A DNA stretch of 64,000 nt from Torpedo marmorata (taxonomy: Eukaryota), in NCBI GenBank assembly GCA_977017645.1, contig OZ360241.1, positions 59,024,001 to 59,088,000 on the forward strand, in the 5' to 3' direction. How positions within the stretch are numbered: position 1 is the first letter of the stretch; every line of letters starts with the position of its first letter. Positions 47,419-60,243 of this stretch are shown one piece after another. The notes under the pieces are model-generated. The model was not told the origin of the DNA and did not search any database. It saw nothing but the letters and a program-made list of their open reading frames with translations. Made by a program: the position numbers and the translations under genes.

Positions 47419-48033
47419 GATCCTGAGACATTGTCGCCCCAAAGACAACCTGGAGTCTATTTCCACTCCCCACCCCCTGACCTATGATCACTGGAAAGCC
47501 AATGCTGTCCTCTTAGGGAGGCACCATCTGTGCCCCAGTGGGTTGTATGCCTGTGATGAAGCCAACTTGGGACAGGAGGAAATGCTGCTTCTTTCGAGAT
47601 CAGTGAGAGGGGGGGGTCTTACTTTTTTTTTTTTTTTTTTTTGCTGGATGACATTATTTATTCATTGTTTTGTTGCTGCTGGAACTGAACATCCATCCTT
47701 GTGTTGGAGAATTCCAATGATACACTGCAGCAATGTACCTCAGAGTCATTCTGGGTTTCGAGTGAATTTTGAACTCACACTCAAACTCAGCAATGGTGAT
47801 TATGAGGGTCATATTGAATCCACTGCCTTATCCTTTGCATGCAAGGTTAACCTGCTCCGCTCCAATGAAAACAACCCCACTATTTCCTGAATCCACTGAC
47901 GATTCCAGTTGCTCGTCTAGTAAATCTCCTCCATGCTGCTGTTTCGTTTAATTATTTTCCACTAAAGTGAAAACTGATGGAGAAAGAAACTGGAATTCTG
48001 GACAGATTCTCCTCTGCACTTTCTTTCCTGCAG

Positions 48034-48115
48034 GATATCAACGTCAGCTGACGTACAAGCGGGAGGATGGATCATACAGCGCATTCGGTGAGAGGGATTC
48101 TTCTGGGAGTATGTG
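48034..48115 (+). CDS. CPAMD8: CPAMD8 exon A24: (G)[26 protein letters not shown](W)
   Basis: tgcag|GA; GTG|gtgcgt; 82 nt. Confidence 0.95.
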
Positions 48116-48671
48116 GTGCGTGAATTTACTCAGTCTCTATGAATACAAGGACCAAGAAAATACTGGGGGAGAATTCTCCTTTTCCTCATTGGGAAGAGAG
48201 GGTTGGAACAGGTTAACCAGTGCCAGGGTCGCAGGTTACCGGGTCATTTCATGCAGTCTGCTCCCTGTATTGATCATGTTTTGGGTTGACCCAGTCTCAT
48301 CTCTCCAAGCTTCCAAGGATGTCCTATCCAACAAGTCCCCATTGCTTATTGTTAAAAGCAAAGAGGCAGAGAGCACTGATTGCGAAGAGTTTCAGAGCTA
48401 CGATCCCAGGAACGAAAGTTTGCCCTCTGGGAGAGAAGAATGATGTGGGCGGCAAAGTGCTGGACATTTTCCAGTTCTTCACTGTCAATGTAGACCTGTT
48501 CCTGTGTCGGATGATTGACCAGATACAGACTGGTGGAGAACTTCTGTTTCGTTAATGTTCGCTGAAAACCCTGGGCTGTTGTTTACGTCAGAGAAGTAGT
48601 TAAGGCCCTCCTTTGTGCAAAGCCTCACAAATTAATGTTTGATCAGATCAATGAAGGCCCTACACAGTACA

Positions 48672-48866
48672 CAGTGGCAGATTAACTACCACCCGGGCCC
48701 CTAGGCTGAGATTTAGTAAGGCTCCCCCTGACCTTCGTTGAATAGAATAGAATAAAGTGACGTCCCGCTCCTGCCGGGAGCCCGACGTCCCCGCTCCTGC
48801 CGGGCCCCCCTCCCTTCCGGGTCCCTAGGCTTAAGCCTACTCAGCCTAATGGTTAATCAGCCACTG
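48672..48866. mobile_element. 195-bp hAT MITE, same termini family as 16618-20013 (opposite orientation)
   Basis: cagtggcagattaac / gttaatcagccactg; TSD acagtaca / acagtgca. Confidence 0.85.
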
Positions 48867-49604
48867 ACAGTGCACAGCTCCAGGTGTGGTCTTGATCTTT
48901 TCCCTGGATCTGCCTGACTGCAAAAACAATCCCAAAGTGCCTTGTGATAATCTGAAGTGGCACAGGGACTGGGTGAATTTACTTTGCAAGGCGAGGGGGG
49001 AGGCAGAACATGATTCAATTAGATTCAGGCAAGAATCTTCCCAAAGGTGGAGAGGCTGATAAAGCCTTAATCATTACCAATGTCAGCCCAATATCCCTTT
49101 ATAAAAATCGTAATGGTTAGCATTTTATAATTCATTGAGGCTTTCTACAGTCAGTCACATTTTAAGGAGCAACAAATAGGGCTTATTTGTCAGTGTTTCT
49201 TTCCCAACTTTCCAAATTCCAACTGCTTTACTATTAGGACTTCACTTGTGTAATTGCTACTCGTGACTTCCTTGGGTGTTGATAGGGAGGTGAGGGAATG
49301 CTGACGGAGAGAGTCAAAGGTCTCATCAGTTCCAGGAATGGGGATCTGAGATAGGGATCTCTACCAGAGAAAAACTGGTAATTTCCTCAGGAATAGGATT
49401 AATACGCATAGAAACTGTCAAACCCAACAGCATTTCTTTAGATTTACTGGAGCCTCATGAATAGTTCTGGTCTCCTTATTTCAAAGAGACATAGCAGCAA
49501 TTGGGGGGAAAAGGATTACTGATTCACAAGGATGGTCCCAGAGCTGAGGTTAGAATTAACAAGGAAGGCTGTGGCTCTTTTCTCCAGACAAGACTGAGAC
49601 ATGA

Positions 49605-50066
49605 GTGAAACACGAAAGTCTGCCGACGCTGTGATTGTAGTAAAAACACACCAAAATGCTGGAGGAACTCAGCCCGTCTTTTCAGCGTCTATAGGAGACA
49701 AAGATATATTGCCGACGTTTCGGGCCTGAGCCCTTCTTCAAGGATAAGCAGAATAAGCCAGAAGCAGGAAATCTCAGAAAGTCTCAGAATTCAAACAATG
49801 GGGGAGGAATCCAGACCAACAAAAGGTGTTGATTGGATATGATAAGGGACCATAGACAAGAATTTATCATGTTTGTGCGAAAGGAGATGGAATGGAGAGA
49901 TAGAGCTGGGGGAAGAAGGAGGGGGGGGGTGGTTTTAACGAAAGCCAGAGAAGTTGATATTAATGCCATCTGGTTGGAGGGTGCCCAGTCGGAAGATGAG
50001 GTGTTGTTCCTCCAATTTACGGGTGGAAAGACCGGCTGAGTTCCTCCAGCATTTCGGTGTGTTTTT
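49605..50066 (-). mobile_element. Penelope 3' end with inverted terminal pLTR piece
   Basis: 15-bp TSD aagactgagacatga at 49590-49604 and 50067-50081. Confidence 0.88.
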
Positions 50067-51759
50067 AAGACTGAGACATGACCCAGTTAAAGTCTGTAAA
50101 AGCACAAAAATGCTGGAGGAACTCAGCAGGTCTCGCAGCGTCCATGGGTGGTAAAGACATATAACCGTTTTGGGCCTGAGCTCTACTTCGAGGTATGTTT
50201 CACACATTCAAAGTCTGTCAAGTTATGAAAATGTTCAATTGGGTAGACACAAGAACTTTGTGAGATAGGAAGAACAAGGGTGATAAATTTAAGATATAAA
50301 TTAATTTGGGAATTCAGGGAAAACTTTCCTCAGAGAATGAATAGCAGAGCTGCATTTAAGGGCAAGCAAAACAAAATGGAAAACAAGCTCTTCAATTCCC
50401 TGCCCAAACTTCTTGTTTCTCTCACTTTAAGATGTACCATAAACCTATCTATTTGATGAAGTTTTTGGTTACCTGCCTAATATCCGGTTAAATGTAGGAC
50501 CATTTTAGTTTGATATTAATCGGGGTGAGGACTTTGGCATGCTTACCTTCATTGTAGGTTTGACGCTAATGCAACTTGTGGCAGTCTGTTACTGGGTGAG
50601 ATGTGTTAAATGGAGTGGAAGGGGCTTGTGTGGAGCAAGAGCAGAGGCAGATGAAGAAACTGATATGGAGGGTATTGGTGGGGGGATGTAGGTCAGGGAA
50701 GAGAGGCAAGTGGGCAGAGAACTGAGTAACTGTGTGGCAAATGGTTTGTAGAGGGACTGGAGTCTTGGCCCGGATGGGAAAGGGGTTCCTGATTAGTGCA
50801 ACCTACTTTAATTATTACCTTGTGAATTGAGTAAGAAAGGTATTTTTTTTCTTTTTGATCTCATCTATAACAGTCAGCTTGATCTATTAACTCCCATAAC
50901 CTTTTAATCAGGAATCTTTCCAACATGCCAAGAAACTGAGCCTATATTCCACTGTCAGTATCTCGAGGGTATAATTCTGGCTTGGATCACTGGCTGGTCT
51001 GTGATTGGTGCGAAGCTGAAATGTCTCCTGTTTGGATGATGTCATTAGCTTGGTGCCAAAACTCCGCCTCTTCCTGAGGGCATGAATAAAAGACCAAATT
51101 AGTTGGAGCAGATCCCGAGATACAATCGCCAAACTTTGTTGTGGCTCATTGACAAAACCCCTGTGTACATGGGCACCAGTGAAACTGTCCTGATGGCTAG
51201 GGAAACCTGATGTTTGCCAAGACATTGCATGGTTATATCAGTGTGAAGGAGTTGGAGAGAAAAGCTAACAATTTGTAAATCTTGGCTCATGGCCCAGACA
51301 GGATTTCATTCAGAGATTCAAGCGTGGACGAAAAAAAACCAAAAAAAGCAAGTTGCTTTTCTGTCGGTGTGACATGCATGATGAAATATCTTTGGGTTAC
51401 AGGTGAACCTGGGGAACAGCCACACTCCGCTTTTAACAATCTCATTCTCCTGTGAGATCCAAAGCTTGCTTTCCTCTCCTCATTGACTCTTTTATAATGT
51501 CATGATGTGGTGTTGCTCAGGAAAATTGGTGGGGAGAGAATGAACCATCCAAAGTAGGAGTGAATCCCTGGACTGGGAGTGAGCCCTGAGATGCAGGGAG
51601 CCTCTCGTCAGCTGGGAGGGTGCCCTGGAATGGCAGCAAGCCCTGGGATAGGAGTGGGCCTGCTGGACTATACCTGCCCTGGTTCCTTTTTTGGATTTTA
51701 CCCCATCAGAGTCACTGCAATTGCACTCCTCCAGATTTACCTGGATACGAGGTTAATAA

Positions 51760-53490
51760 ATCCCTAAGACCAGGGAGAATGGGAAGCAAGGAAGCAGATA
51801 GCTGGAGCTTTGGAGAGAGATTTATTCCACCTTTATTGGCCATAGGTGAGGTGCCAGAAGACTTGATGATAGCTATAGTTTAAGAAGGGCAGCAGGAATA
51901 AGCCAGGCAATTACAATCTGTCAGCCTTGCATCAATGTTTGGGAACCTATCAGAGAAAATTCCAAGGGTAGGATTTGTATACATTTGGAAAGACAGGGGA
52001 GATCAGAGATATCAGCATTGCTTTGTTGGAAAGTCCTGCTTTGCTGGTTTGATTACGAGGAGGTAAGGGTTAGGGTTATGATTCATGAAGGCAGGGCAGT
52101 AGACGTCCATATGGACTTTTTAGAGGCATTTGACAACGCCCTGCGTGGTAGGTGGGTCCAGAGGTTTAAGGCACGTGGAAGCCAAATCAAGCTGGCTAAT
52201 CCAAACCGATAGTGACTGAGTGATAGGAGGCAGAGAGAGGATGGTGCTGGAAGGATGCTTTACTGATTGGAAATCTAAGATCAATGGTGTACTGCAGGGA
52301 TCAGTGCTGGGAGACCCTTGTTACTTGTGATGATATGAACAACTTGGATGTGAATGTAGGTAGTATGATTACTAAGTTTGCGGATGAGGTAGATTATGAG
52401 AGAGGTTGTCTAAACTACAGCAGGATATAAATCAGGTGGAAAATTGGCAGATGGAATTTAATCCTGGCCAGTGTGAATTGATGCATTTTGGGAAATCAAA
52501 TAGGAATGGGGCATATACATTCAATGGTAGGGAATTACGGAATGTTTTTAATTTAGACATACAGCATAGTAACAGGCCATTTCGGCCCATGAGTCCGTGC
52601 CGCCCAATTTACACCCAATTAACCTACACCCCCGAACGTTTCGAACGGTGGGAGGAAACTGGAGCCCCCGGGGAAAGCCCACGCAGACACGGGGAGAACA
52701 TACAAACTCCTTACAGACAGCGCGGGATTCGAACCCCGGTCCCAATCGCTGGCGCTGTAAAGGCGTTGCGCTAACCGCTACGCCAACCGTGCCGCCCTTG
52801 GACAGTGGATTCAAGCCCATAGTAACCTAAAAGTGACAACGTAGTAGGTCGGATGGTGAAGAAGACATATGGCATGCTTCCTTTCATGGGTCAGGGCGTA
52901 GAATATGAGTTGAAACATTATGTTGCAATCTTACAAAACACCAGTTAGGCCACACTTGGAGTATAATGTACAGTTCTGGTTCCCACACCATGGGAAGGAT
53001 GAGGTTGAACTGGAGAGAGTACAGAAGAGATTCACCAGGATGTTACCTGGATTTGAGGACTTTGGTTAGGGGAGAGATTGGATAGACTGAACTTGTTTAA
53101 CCTGGAGAGCAGAAGGCTGAAAGGTGATCTGAGAAAGGTATAAAAAATTATGAAAGGCATAAGTAGAGAATATTTTTCCAATGGTAGGGCTATCAGAGTC
53201 AATGAGGCAACAGTTTAAAGTGAGAATAAAGGATTTTAAAGTGGATTTGAGGGAAAAGTATTTTTACACAGAGTAGTTGATATATGGAAAGCTGAAAGAA
53301 GAATTGGTAGAATCAGTTATAATCACCATGTTTAAGAAAATGTAGACAGGCACTTGAATAGGCAAAGAATAGAAGGATCCGGACCTAATGTGGGCAAATG
53401 GGATGATGCAGATGAGCAAAAAGGGCACCGTAGAAGTGATGGGCTTGCAGAGTCCATTTCTGTGCTGTACAACTATGATTCTGTGACTTC
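51760..53490 (+). mobile_element. Decayed CR1 LINE (RT to 3'UTR)
   Basis: MDF..AFD, QGSVLG, KFAD, WQMEFN..QCE.MHFG remnants. Confidence 0.85.
52546..52797 (-). mobile_element. V-SINE (HE1-like), CpG-intact young copy nested in CR1
   Basis: Reverse complement of the 42508 family. Confidence 0.9.
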
Positions 53491-54035
53491 TTGGAACTGG
53501 TTTGGATTCACAATCCTGACCCATTGATTGTGAGTGCACATGGTTCCGGTAGAAGCAGCTTGGGCTTTCCTGCTATGCCCCTTCGTTGTTCAACATTCAC
53601 TGGCTGGTTTCACAAGCGATGTGGCCCCAGCAAGGCACAGGCTTCGTTAATGGAGCATCTGCAGCACGACCCATAGATATCTCAGGCCTATGTTGGTGAT
53701 GTTTCGTGAATACAGTGATGGAGGCAATTTGTGGCCTCTCTTTAGTTATTGGAAGAGTGCAGGACAGCAAAATCCCCAACTAGTAGATCAATGGGCAGGG
53801 GTGTGTCCTAGAGACATTGATAGACTATCAGTATTAGGCCACTGAATTTGTTGTTCAGAAACCTGTACCCCAAAAAGGCCTCTGATCTAAGAGCTGCTTG
53901 ATGAGGTCAGTGCCCATGAGGCTGGACGCAGGAGAATTGTGGCCTCTGATTTGGGCCTGGACTTGGAGTGGGACACCTTTTAAGCAAAGAATGAAAACTC
54001 TTAAACAGGGAGCTTCCTTGTACATGAGCTGCTCT

Positions 54036-54476
54036 GCTCAAGATCGAAAGCTATAGAAGGTAGTGAATGCAGCAAAGAACATCACGCAAACCTCCCTCCC
54101 CTCCATGGACTCCATCTGCATCTCCCACTGCCAAGGAAAGGCAGCCAACATACCGAAGGGCCCATCACACCCCAGACACACTCTCTTTTCCTTCCTCCTA
54201 TCGGCGAGGAGGCTTAAGAGTATGATAACATGCACCAACAGGCTCAAGGACAGTTTCTTCCCTGCAGGAGTCAGGCTCTGAGCGAACCCCATAACAGTAC
54301 TATCACGCTATCCTTGCTTGGTGCTAATTGATCTTCCTTTTCATTGTAATCCTCTACCCTGTAAATTGTTCTCAAAAACATGGCTGTACATAATGTTAGA
54401 GATAGCCTGTTGTTCTATTTGCAGAAGTACCTTTCTCACTGTACTCGGTGTTTTGTGACAACTAAACTTAAACTTG
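54036..54476 (+). mobile_element. Rex1/Babar LINE 3' end
   Basis: KAANI.K.PSHP.H.LFS..LS.RR; RLKDSFFP. Confidence 0.82.
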
Positions 54477-54529
54477 TGTAGAAAGGCCCTGGATAACTTT
54501 TCAGTTTCCCTCTTTGGTGCGAAAATCTG

Positions 54530-55383
54530 AAAGAAATGGCGGCGCTGCCGGAGCCGCTGTAACGGCAGCGCTGCCGCTGGTGCGGACCCGCGGGGAGCGT
54601 GGGAGCGGAGATACAGCGCTCCCGCGGGCCCAGCCACCCAGTCGACTGCCATCGGTTCCGCACGGGCTTTGAACAGCCCGCTGAGGGAGCCGACGGTGGT
54701 TTTATTTGAGATCCCGCGACCGCGGGGTCTGCGCCCAAGATGGCAGCACCTTTTAACCGGCAGCAGCCACGAGGGGCTGCAGACTCCGGGGAAGCGGGGG
54801 ACTGGAGCAGGGCACCAGTGGACGGGAAGATCACCTCCCCCCCCCCCCCGTCTGAGAAGGAGAAGCGGAGGAGACGACCCACGGGACGGTGACCACGGCG
54901 GCGGACCAGTGAGGGGCTCTGAGGCTGAAGGACCAGTGCTGCTGGCAACTCGAGGCGGGGAACCCGCGGAGGCTGTGGGCTGCTGGAGACTGCTGTCGGG
55001 GGACTCACGCCGGGCTGCGGACTACTGGGGACTGGCTCGAACTGGCTGGAGGAGTACCAGGTATCGGAACCGGGATGCGAGAGGGTGCCGAGGGCGCCCT
55101 GACCGTGTCGGAGGTTCGGATCTGGAGCTCGGGTTGCCGATGGTTTGGACTGGACTCTGTGTGGCTGTGGAGGCTGCGGAAGCGCTGGATGCGAATCTGT
55201 GGACACTCGGTGACTCTGGGGGGACTCTCTTTTGCTTCTCTTTCTCTGACTGTAAGGAATGTTAGAGGCGCTTAGGCAATTTCTGCCGGTGGCGAATCTG
55301 TCTGCCTTGCAGCAGGCAAAAATAAATTTCATGTATATGACACTGTTTTATTGCTATGACAATAAATTGAATCTTGAATCTTG
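54530..55383 (+). mobile_element. CpG-rich ORF-less retro-element with LINE-type tail
   Basis: About 700-bp GC/CpG-rich head starting near aaatggcggcg; tail gacaataaattg(aatcttg)2. Confidence 0.6.
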
Positions 55384-56619
55384 ATGCCAAAGATGCTTTG
55401 TAAGTTACAAAACTGACACAGATAGAGTTAAAATAGTCGCGATGCTTGTTGAAAGGGTGACCAAGCTCAAGAAGCTGAATAAATGTTTAAATATGACATG
55501 AACTGAGTTGCAGGAAAGGGTGTGAAGTCATCACTGAAGCCTAATCCATTACATTCGGCGATTCTGTAGTCACTGGAATGGAATTGGCTGCATCGGTACA
55601 TTGACAAGCAGCGTACAACGGCAGAAATCAACAGCTATTGTGGAGACACACTTTCAGTTCTGTTGCAGAGCCACTGACCTTTTCTGCCCTCCCCCACCCC
55701 TCCACAGCCAGGTCAATGTAAAATACCAGAGTAAATCATTTGAGAGAGGTAACAACCCCTTGCACAATGTGATTTAGTCCCTCACTATGAAAGATTGTGA
55801 CAGGCAGTTACTTAACACTTGAAAAATTCACTGCGGGCTGTTGGGTAAACGGCGACTCCCTCCCACTGCGTTGGAGGCAGGGGGTAATAATAGCACAGTT
55901 CAGTAGTTGAGAAGCTTCTCCCTCTCCCTCTGCCCCTCTTCCTTCTGCCTCTCTCTCTCTCTTTCTCTCTCTCTCTCACAACTCTGCAGCTAGCTGCAAA
56001 GGCTCGGGAGTCATTAGCAGCTGCTTTCTTGATCGGTTTTGGGGCCTCAGGGGAGTATTAAAGCACTGGCTTAATCTTGCAATTTTAACATTTAACCTGA
56101 GATGCCAGTTCTGTTGTGAATGTTATATTTTCCTAAATAAGTCTTTCCGAGCACTCAGTATGTTGGCGTCACTTAAACACACACACAGCTCACTTTCAGA
56201 GAGTTTAATCTCGGCCTGAATCCAAGCTTCCAATCGGATTGGCTCCAGCCACGCCGACAATTTACAGCAACCACTCACCGGGTGGGAGTTTGCTGGTGCC
56301 AGTCTGAACCTTGAGCTGGTCAGGAGGGAGGTTTTACCCCCCTCGTTCCCAACTCACCCACTTAACTTCCATCAATATCAGTCCTCCCTGGAATTGGGTA
56401 TGGCAGCAGGGGCAACCCTTTCCAAACAATCATTAATCATGTTAAGGATTTATGCATCCATAAATATGTATAATGTCTGTGTGTGTTTAAGTTTTCCTAA
56501 AGTGGTCAGGATAAATTCCTGCACACATCCCTGGCCCCCTCCACACCACACCTCTGATATCCACACTCCACCCATCAAATCTCCATCATTATCATTATTA
56601 ATAATTAATAATTTTGACT

Positions 56620-56842
56620 TTTTAGATTTAGACATACAGCACGGTAACATGAGCCCATGCCACCCAAATACACCAATTAACCTACAAACCCCATACGTTC
56701 TTGGAGGGTGGTAGGAAACTGGAGCGCCCGGAAGAAACTCGCACAGACATAGAGAGAACATACAAACTCCTTACAGACAGCTCCGGATTTGAACCCGGGT
56801 TGCTGGCGCTGTAATAGCGTTGCACTAATCACTATACTAACC
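56620..56842 (-). mobile_element. V-SINE (HE1-like)
   Basis: Reverse complement of family consensus. Confidence 0.85.
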
Positions 56843-56988
56843 ACTCATTGTTATTATTTATGAATTAGTGATCAAATGTTAATGACATCGATTAAATTCA
56901 ATAATGTTTAACTCCACCTGTGTGTCGTATTCAGAGTCGTGGAGAGCAAAACTAATGTCTCCCTCCCGTGTATCCAATGATCTCCTAG

Positions 56989-57145
56989 GCTGACCGCATT
57001 TGTACTGAAATCCTTTGCACAGTCCCGTGGGTTTATTTACATTGACCCGAAGGAACTAGCCACTGCCAAGGAATGGATTATACGGCATCAGCAGGAAGAT
57101 GGCTCATTCCCTGCAGTCGGGCGCATTCTGAACAAGGACATTCAG
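56989..57145 (+). CDS. CPAMD8: CPAMD8 exon A25: [11 protein letters not shown]...GRILNKDIQ
   Basis: cctag|G; CAG|gtaatt; 157 nt; not in the ORF track. Confidence 0.95.
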
Positions 57146-57564
57146 GTAATTCCACGAGTGGCCTCTCCCTGCAAACAGCACCGCATTCACCAGCACAAAG
57201 CATCTTGGAGAGGCAAAGTGGGAGAGAGAGAGAGAGAGGGCAAGAGTAGGTCACGAAGATGAAGGAACTGGACACCACTGGCATGTGATCTCCAAATGCC
57301 TTTGTGTGTCTGAATTTCAACTACTTTTGTGCACCTTTGATGAAATTATCAACAACAAGCAGGGTGGATGAGTGTTTACATTTTTGGATACCAAATGATG
57401 GTGTTTGTTACATAAATGTGCACGTGTGAAGTATGTGACCTGCATTGTGTGTCCAGTAGGATCTACTAACATTAGTGCATTCGGCTAAAACAGTCACCAT
57501 AGCCCCAGCTGTGGCTGGTCAGTGATTTCTGTTGGCCAACACTGCGTTACAACAAGGTCCATCT

Positions 57565-57745
57565 CCCTGTTCAGGTGGATGTTAAAGATCCCATGGCAAC
57601 TAGTCGATGAAGAGCAGGGGAATCCTTCGGGTGTCTTGGCCGACATTCCTCCCTCCACCAACACAACCAAAGCAGTTTGGCTGGTCAGTGATCAGATTGC
57701 CGTTTGTGGGATCTTTCTGTGTGTGATTGACTGTTCATGCTGTTG
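57565..57745 (+). mobile_element. Deu-domain SINE remnant (SacSINE1/AmnSINE1-like)
   Basis: aaagatcccatggca..gaagagcagggg..gtgtcttggcc..gtttgtgggatc. Confidence 0.7.
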
Positions 57746-57800
57746 AAGTTCCAGGGCCAAACTTGGCATCAACAGTAAATTCCAATTCCAATTTTTTCAG

Positions 57801-57875
57801 GGTGGAATCCATGGGAAGATCTCGTTGACTGCCTACGTAGTTGCTGCCCTTCTGGAGACTGGTATCACTTCGGAG
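57801..57875 (+). CDS. CPAMD8: CPAMD8 exon A26: GGIHGKISLTAYVVAALLETGITSE
   Basis: tttcag|GGT; GAG|gtatgg; 75 nt. Confidence 0.95.
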
Positions 57876-59153
57876 GTATGGTTGAGTTCCTCATCTGATC
57901 TTTGCATTTGGATTACAGTGATTGGTTGAAATGTTGATGGGATGAGTGAAGATTCTCATCAGACTTGGCCCTAGGGCTCTGACACCACTTTTAGAAAGTG
58001 CTACATTGGCCTGATTGACATTGTTCAGCAATGGTCTAACCAAGAGGTCTTCAGTGTTACCCAAAGCCAACCTCCTCTCTGCTAGGGTCCCAATCCCTAA
58101 AAATAAAGCTTCTCTTTGCAATTGTGTGAGATACAATGGGATGAATGCATAGTTTAACATTTATTTATAGTCACAGTCAAAAATGCCAACATGATGAGAC
58201 ATGGTCAACCTCCATGCGACTGATTTCTGGTTTTCTGCATACCAGAGAATCTGTCTATCCCGATTAGTGTCCCCATGTTTTGGTGACTGGATCCGTGACA
58301 GTGTTTACTCGTGGGGGTTCATCCAGCAGCAGAGTGGCCGTGGACACCCGTTTTCTGCTCTGACAAATGGGCCGTAGAGTGGGACAATTCTACAAATCAT
58401 TCATGTTTCCCAATGTGGAAGTGAACCAGAGGGACTTATGATAAGGCAAAGGGGATATGTATGCACTGTGTCATTAAACATTCCCAGTGAACGGACAGTA
58501 CAGTTTAGACATGGAGGGAAGCTTGCTCAACATTGTCTCATTAAATTCTCTCGGGGCAGGAGCTGCACAGGGTCATTGCAAAGCAAAATCCGCAGTGATC
58601 CTGCAGCCATTAAAATGCCACGATCCAGATGTCTGAACACATAGTTCACGCCAGTGTGACCCACTATTCTATTCAGTTGTCTTCAGGGTGAATGGAATGA
58701 AAAGGTTAATCAGAGCTGATAGGTGAACACTAATTAGGTAGGCTTAATCGCATTTCAGTCACTGATTGTAATTTGAAGAGGTTTGCAGGGGGACGGACAC
58801 AGGGTAGCAAGGGCCAGAGGGGATTCGGATTCCATGGTGTTTTTAACAGGGAGATGGAGGAATGTATGAATTCCTTGAATTCTTGTTTTATCAGGCATTT
58901 GCTGCTCTCTTCCTCTCCACATCAACTCAGGAGGGACCAGGAAACAGGAAGAAAATTAAATCTGTATCCTCACCAAGAGGAGACAGGGAGCTGGCAGTGA
59001 TCGAAGGAGCTGCACGATTCACTTGTTCATCAAGTTTAACCTCGTGTGCCCCAAATAAAAGAATGAACTCCAATATAGCTCCGTGCTTCCCAGATATGCC
59101 CAACTTTGGAATTTTGTGATTTAATGGCCTTGTTGTCACTACTTCTAGACATC

Positions 59154-59924
59154 CTGGGCTCAGGCTGAGAGAGCAGTGCTGGTTCAAGGGAATGAGAGAG
59201 GCAACAACATCCCCAATAGAGGGAGGGGGGAGGGAGGGAGAGAGAGAGATAGAGAGAGCACATGTCATGAATCTAGAATGAGAAAACAAGCATGGTGATA
59301 GAGAGAAAAGTGGGGTGGAGGAGAACACATGTGATGTACCTAATAGACAGACTGACAAAGAAAAGGTGGGGAGAGGACACCAAGTGCTTGATAGTGAAAA
59401 GTTCTGTGTAACAATCTTTGGAAAGAGAGAGAGTGTGAGTGTGCTGGAACTGTAATGGCAGAGAGTGAAAATGAAAGAGCACCAAGTCAAGTCACCTTTA
59501 TTTGTCGTTCATTACCATATACACAGTAAGACGAGATAGCGTTTCTCCAGGACCATGGGCAGATGTACATAAATATCATAATACAATAGAAAAAATTATA
59601 ACTTGCTAATACACATATATATCTAGGAATTGAGGAGCCTGATGGCTTGGGGGAAAAATCTGTTGCACAGTCTGGACGTACGAGCCCGAGTGCTTCGGTA
59701 CCTCCTTCCAGATGGCAAAGGGGAAAACAGTTTACCAAAGGGGTGTGAGAAGTCCTTCACAATGTTATTAGCCTTCCTCATGCATCGTGTGTTGTAGATG
59801 TCTGTGATGGTGGGGAGAGAGATACAGTATAGCGAAATCAATAGTTGTGAGCCTGATTGACAAAGACAGATGAGAGAGAGGGAGAGGAAAAGTATGATAC
59901 AGCCGATAGTCTGCTTTCTCTCTC

Positions 59925-59968
<44 letters not shown>

Positions 59969-60060
59969 CGCCCCCCCCCCCCCCCCCCCCATCTATTGGG
60001 GATGTTGTTACCTCTCTCTCACTCTCTTGAACCAACACTGCTCTCTCAGCCTGAGCCCAG
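59154..60060. repeat. Inverted repeat (core arms 59154-59220 / 59992-60060) enclosing a Rex1 fragment (59484-59822, minus strand)
   Basis: ctgggctcaggctgagagagcagtg...catccccaataga and its reverse complement, extended by (GA)n/(CT)n. Confidence 0.88.
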
Positions 60061-60243
60061 AATACCATCCAATCACAATATTCCAGTTCCAGGTATCTTG
60101 GAGAGAACCTTGCAGTACCAAGGGAGCAATGTTTGTTAGTCCAGGGAAGAAGAATGATGTTTATCAGGGCAAACCAATTTGACCAGAATAAAGATTGTAC
60201 ATATTTTAGATGTTGCTTTTCCCTCTGTATTTTGTGGTTTTAG

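Noticed and set aside
47057-47890. 277-aa ORF with thioester and poly-TH
   Set aside because: Exon A23 plus intron read-through across (CA)n.
54436-55332. 298-aa minus and 198-aa plus ORFs
   Set aside because: Stop-poor GC-rich repeat; no recognisable domain.
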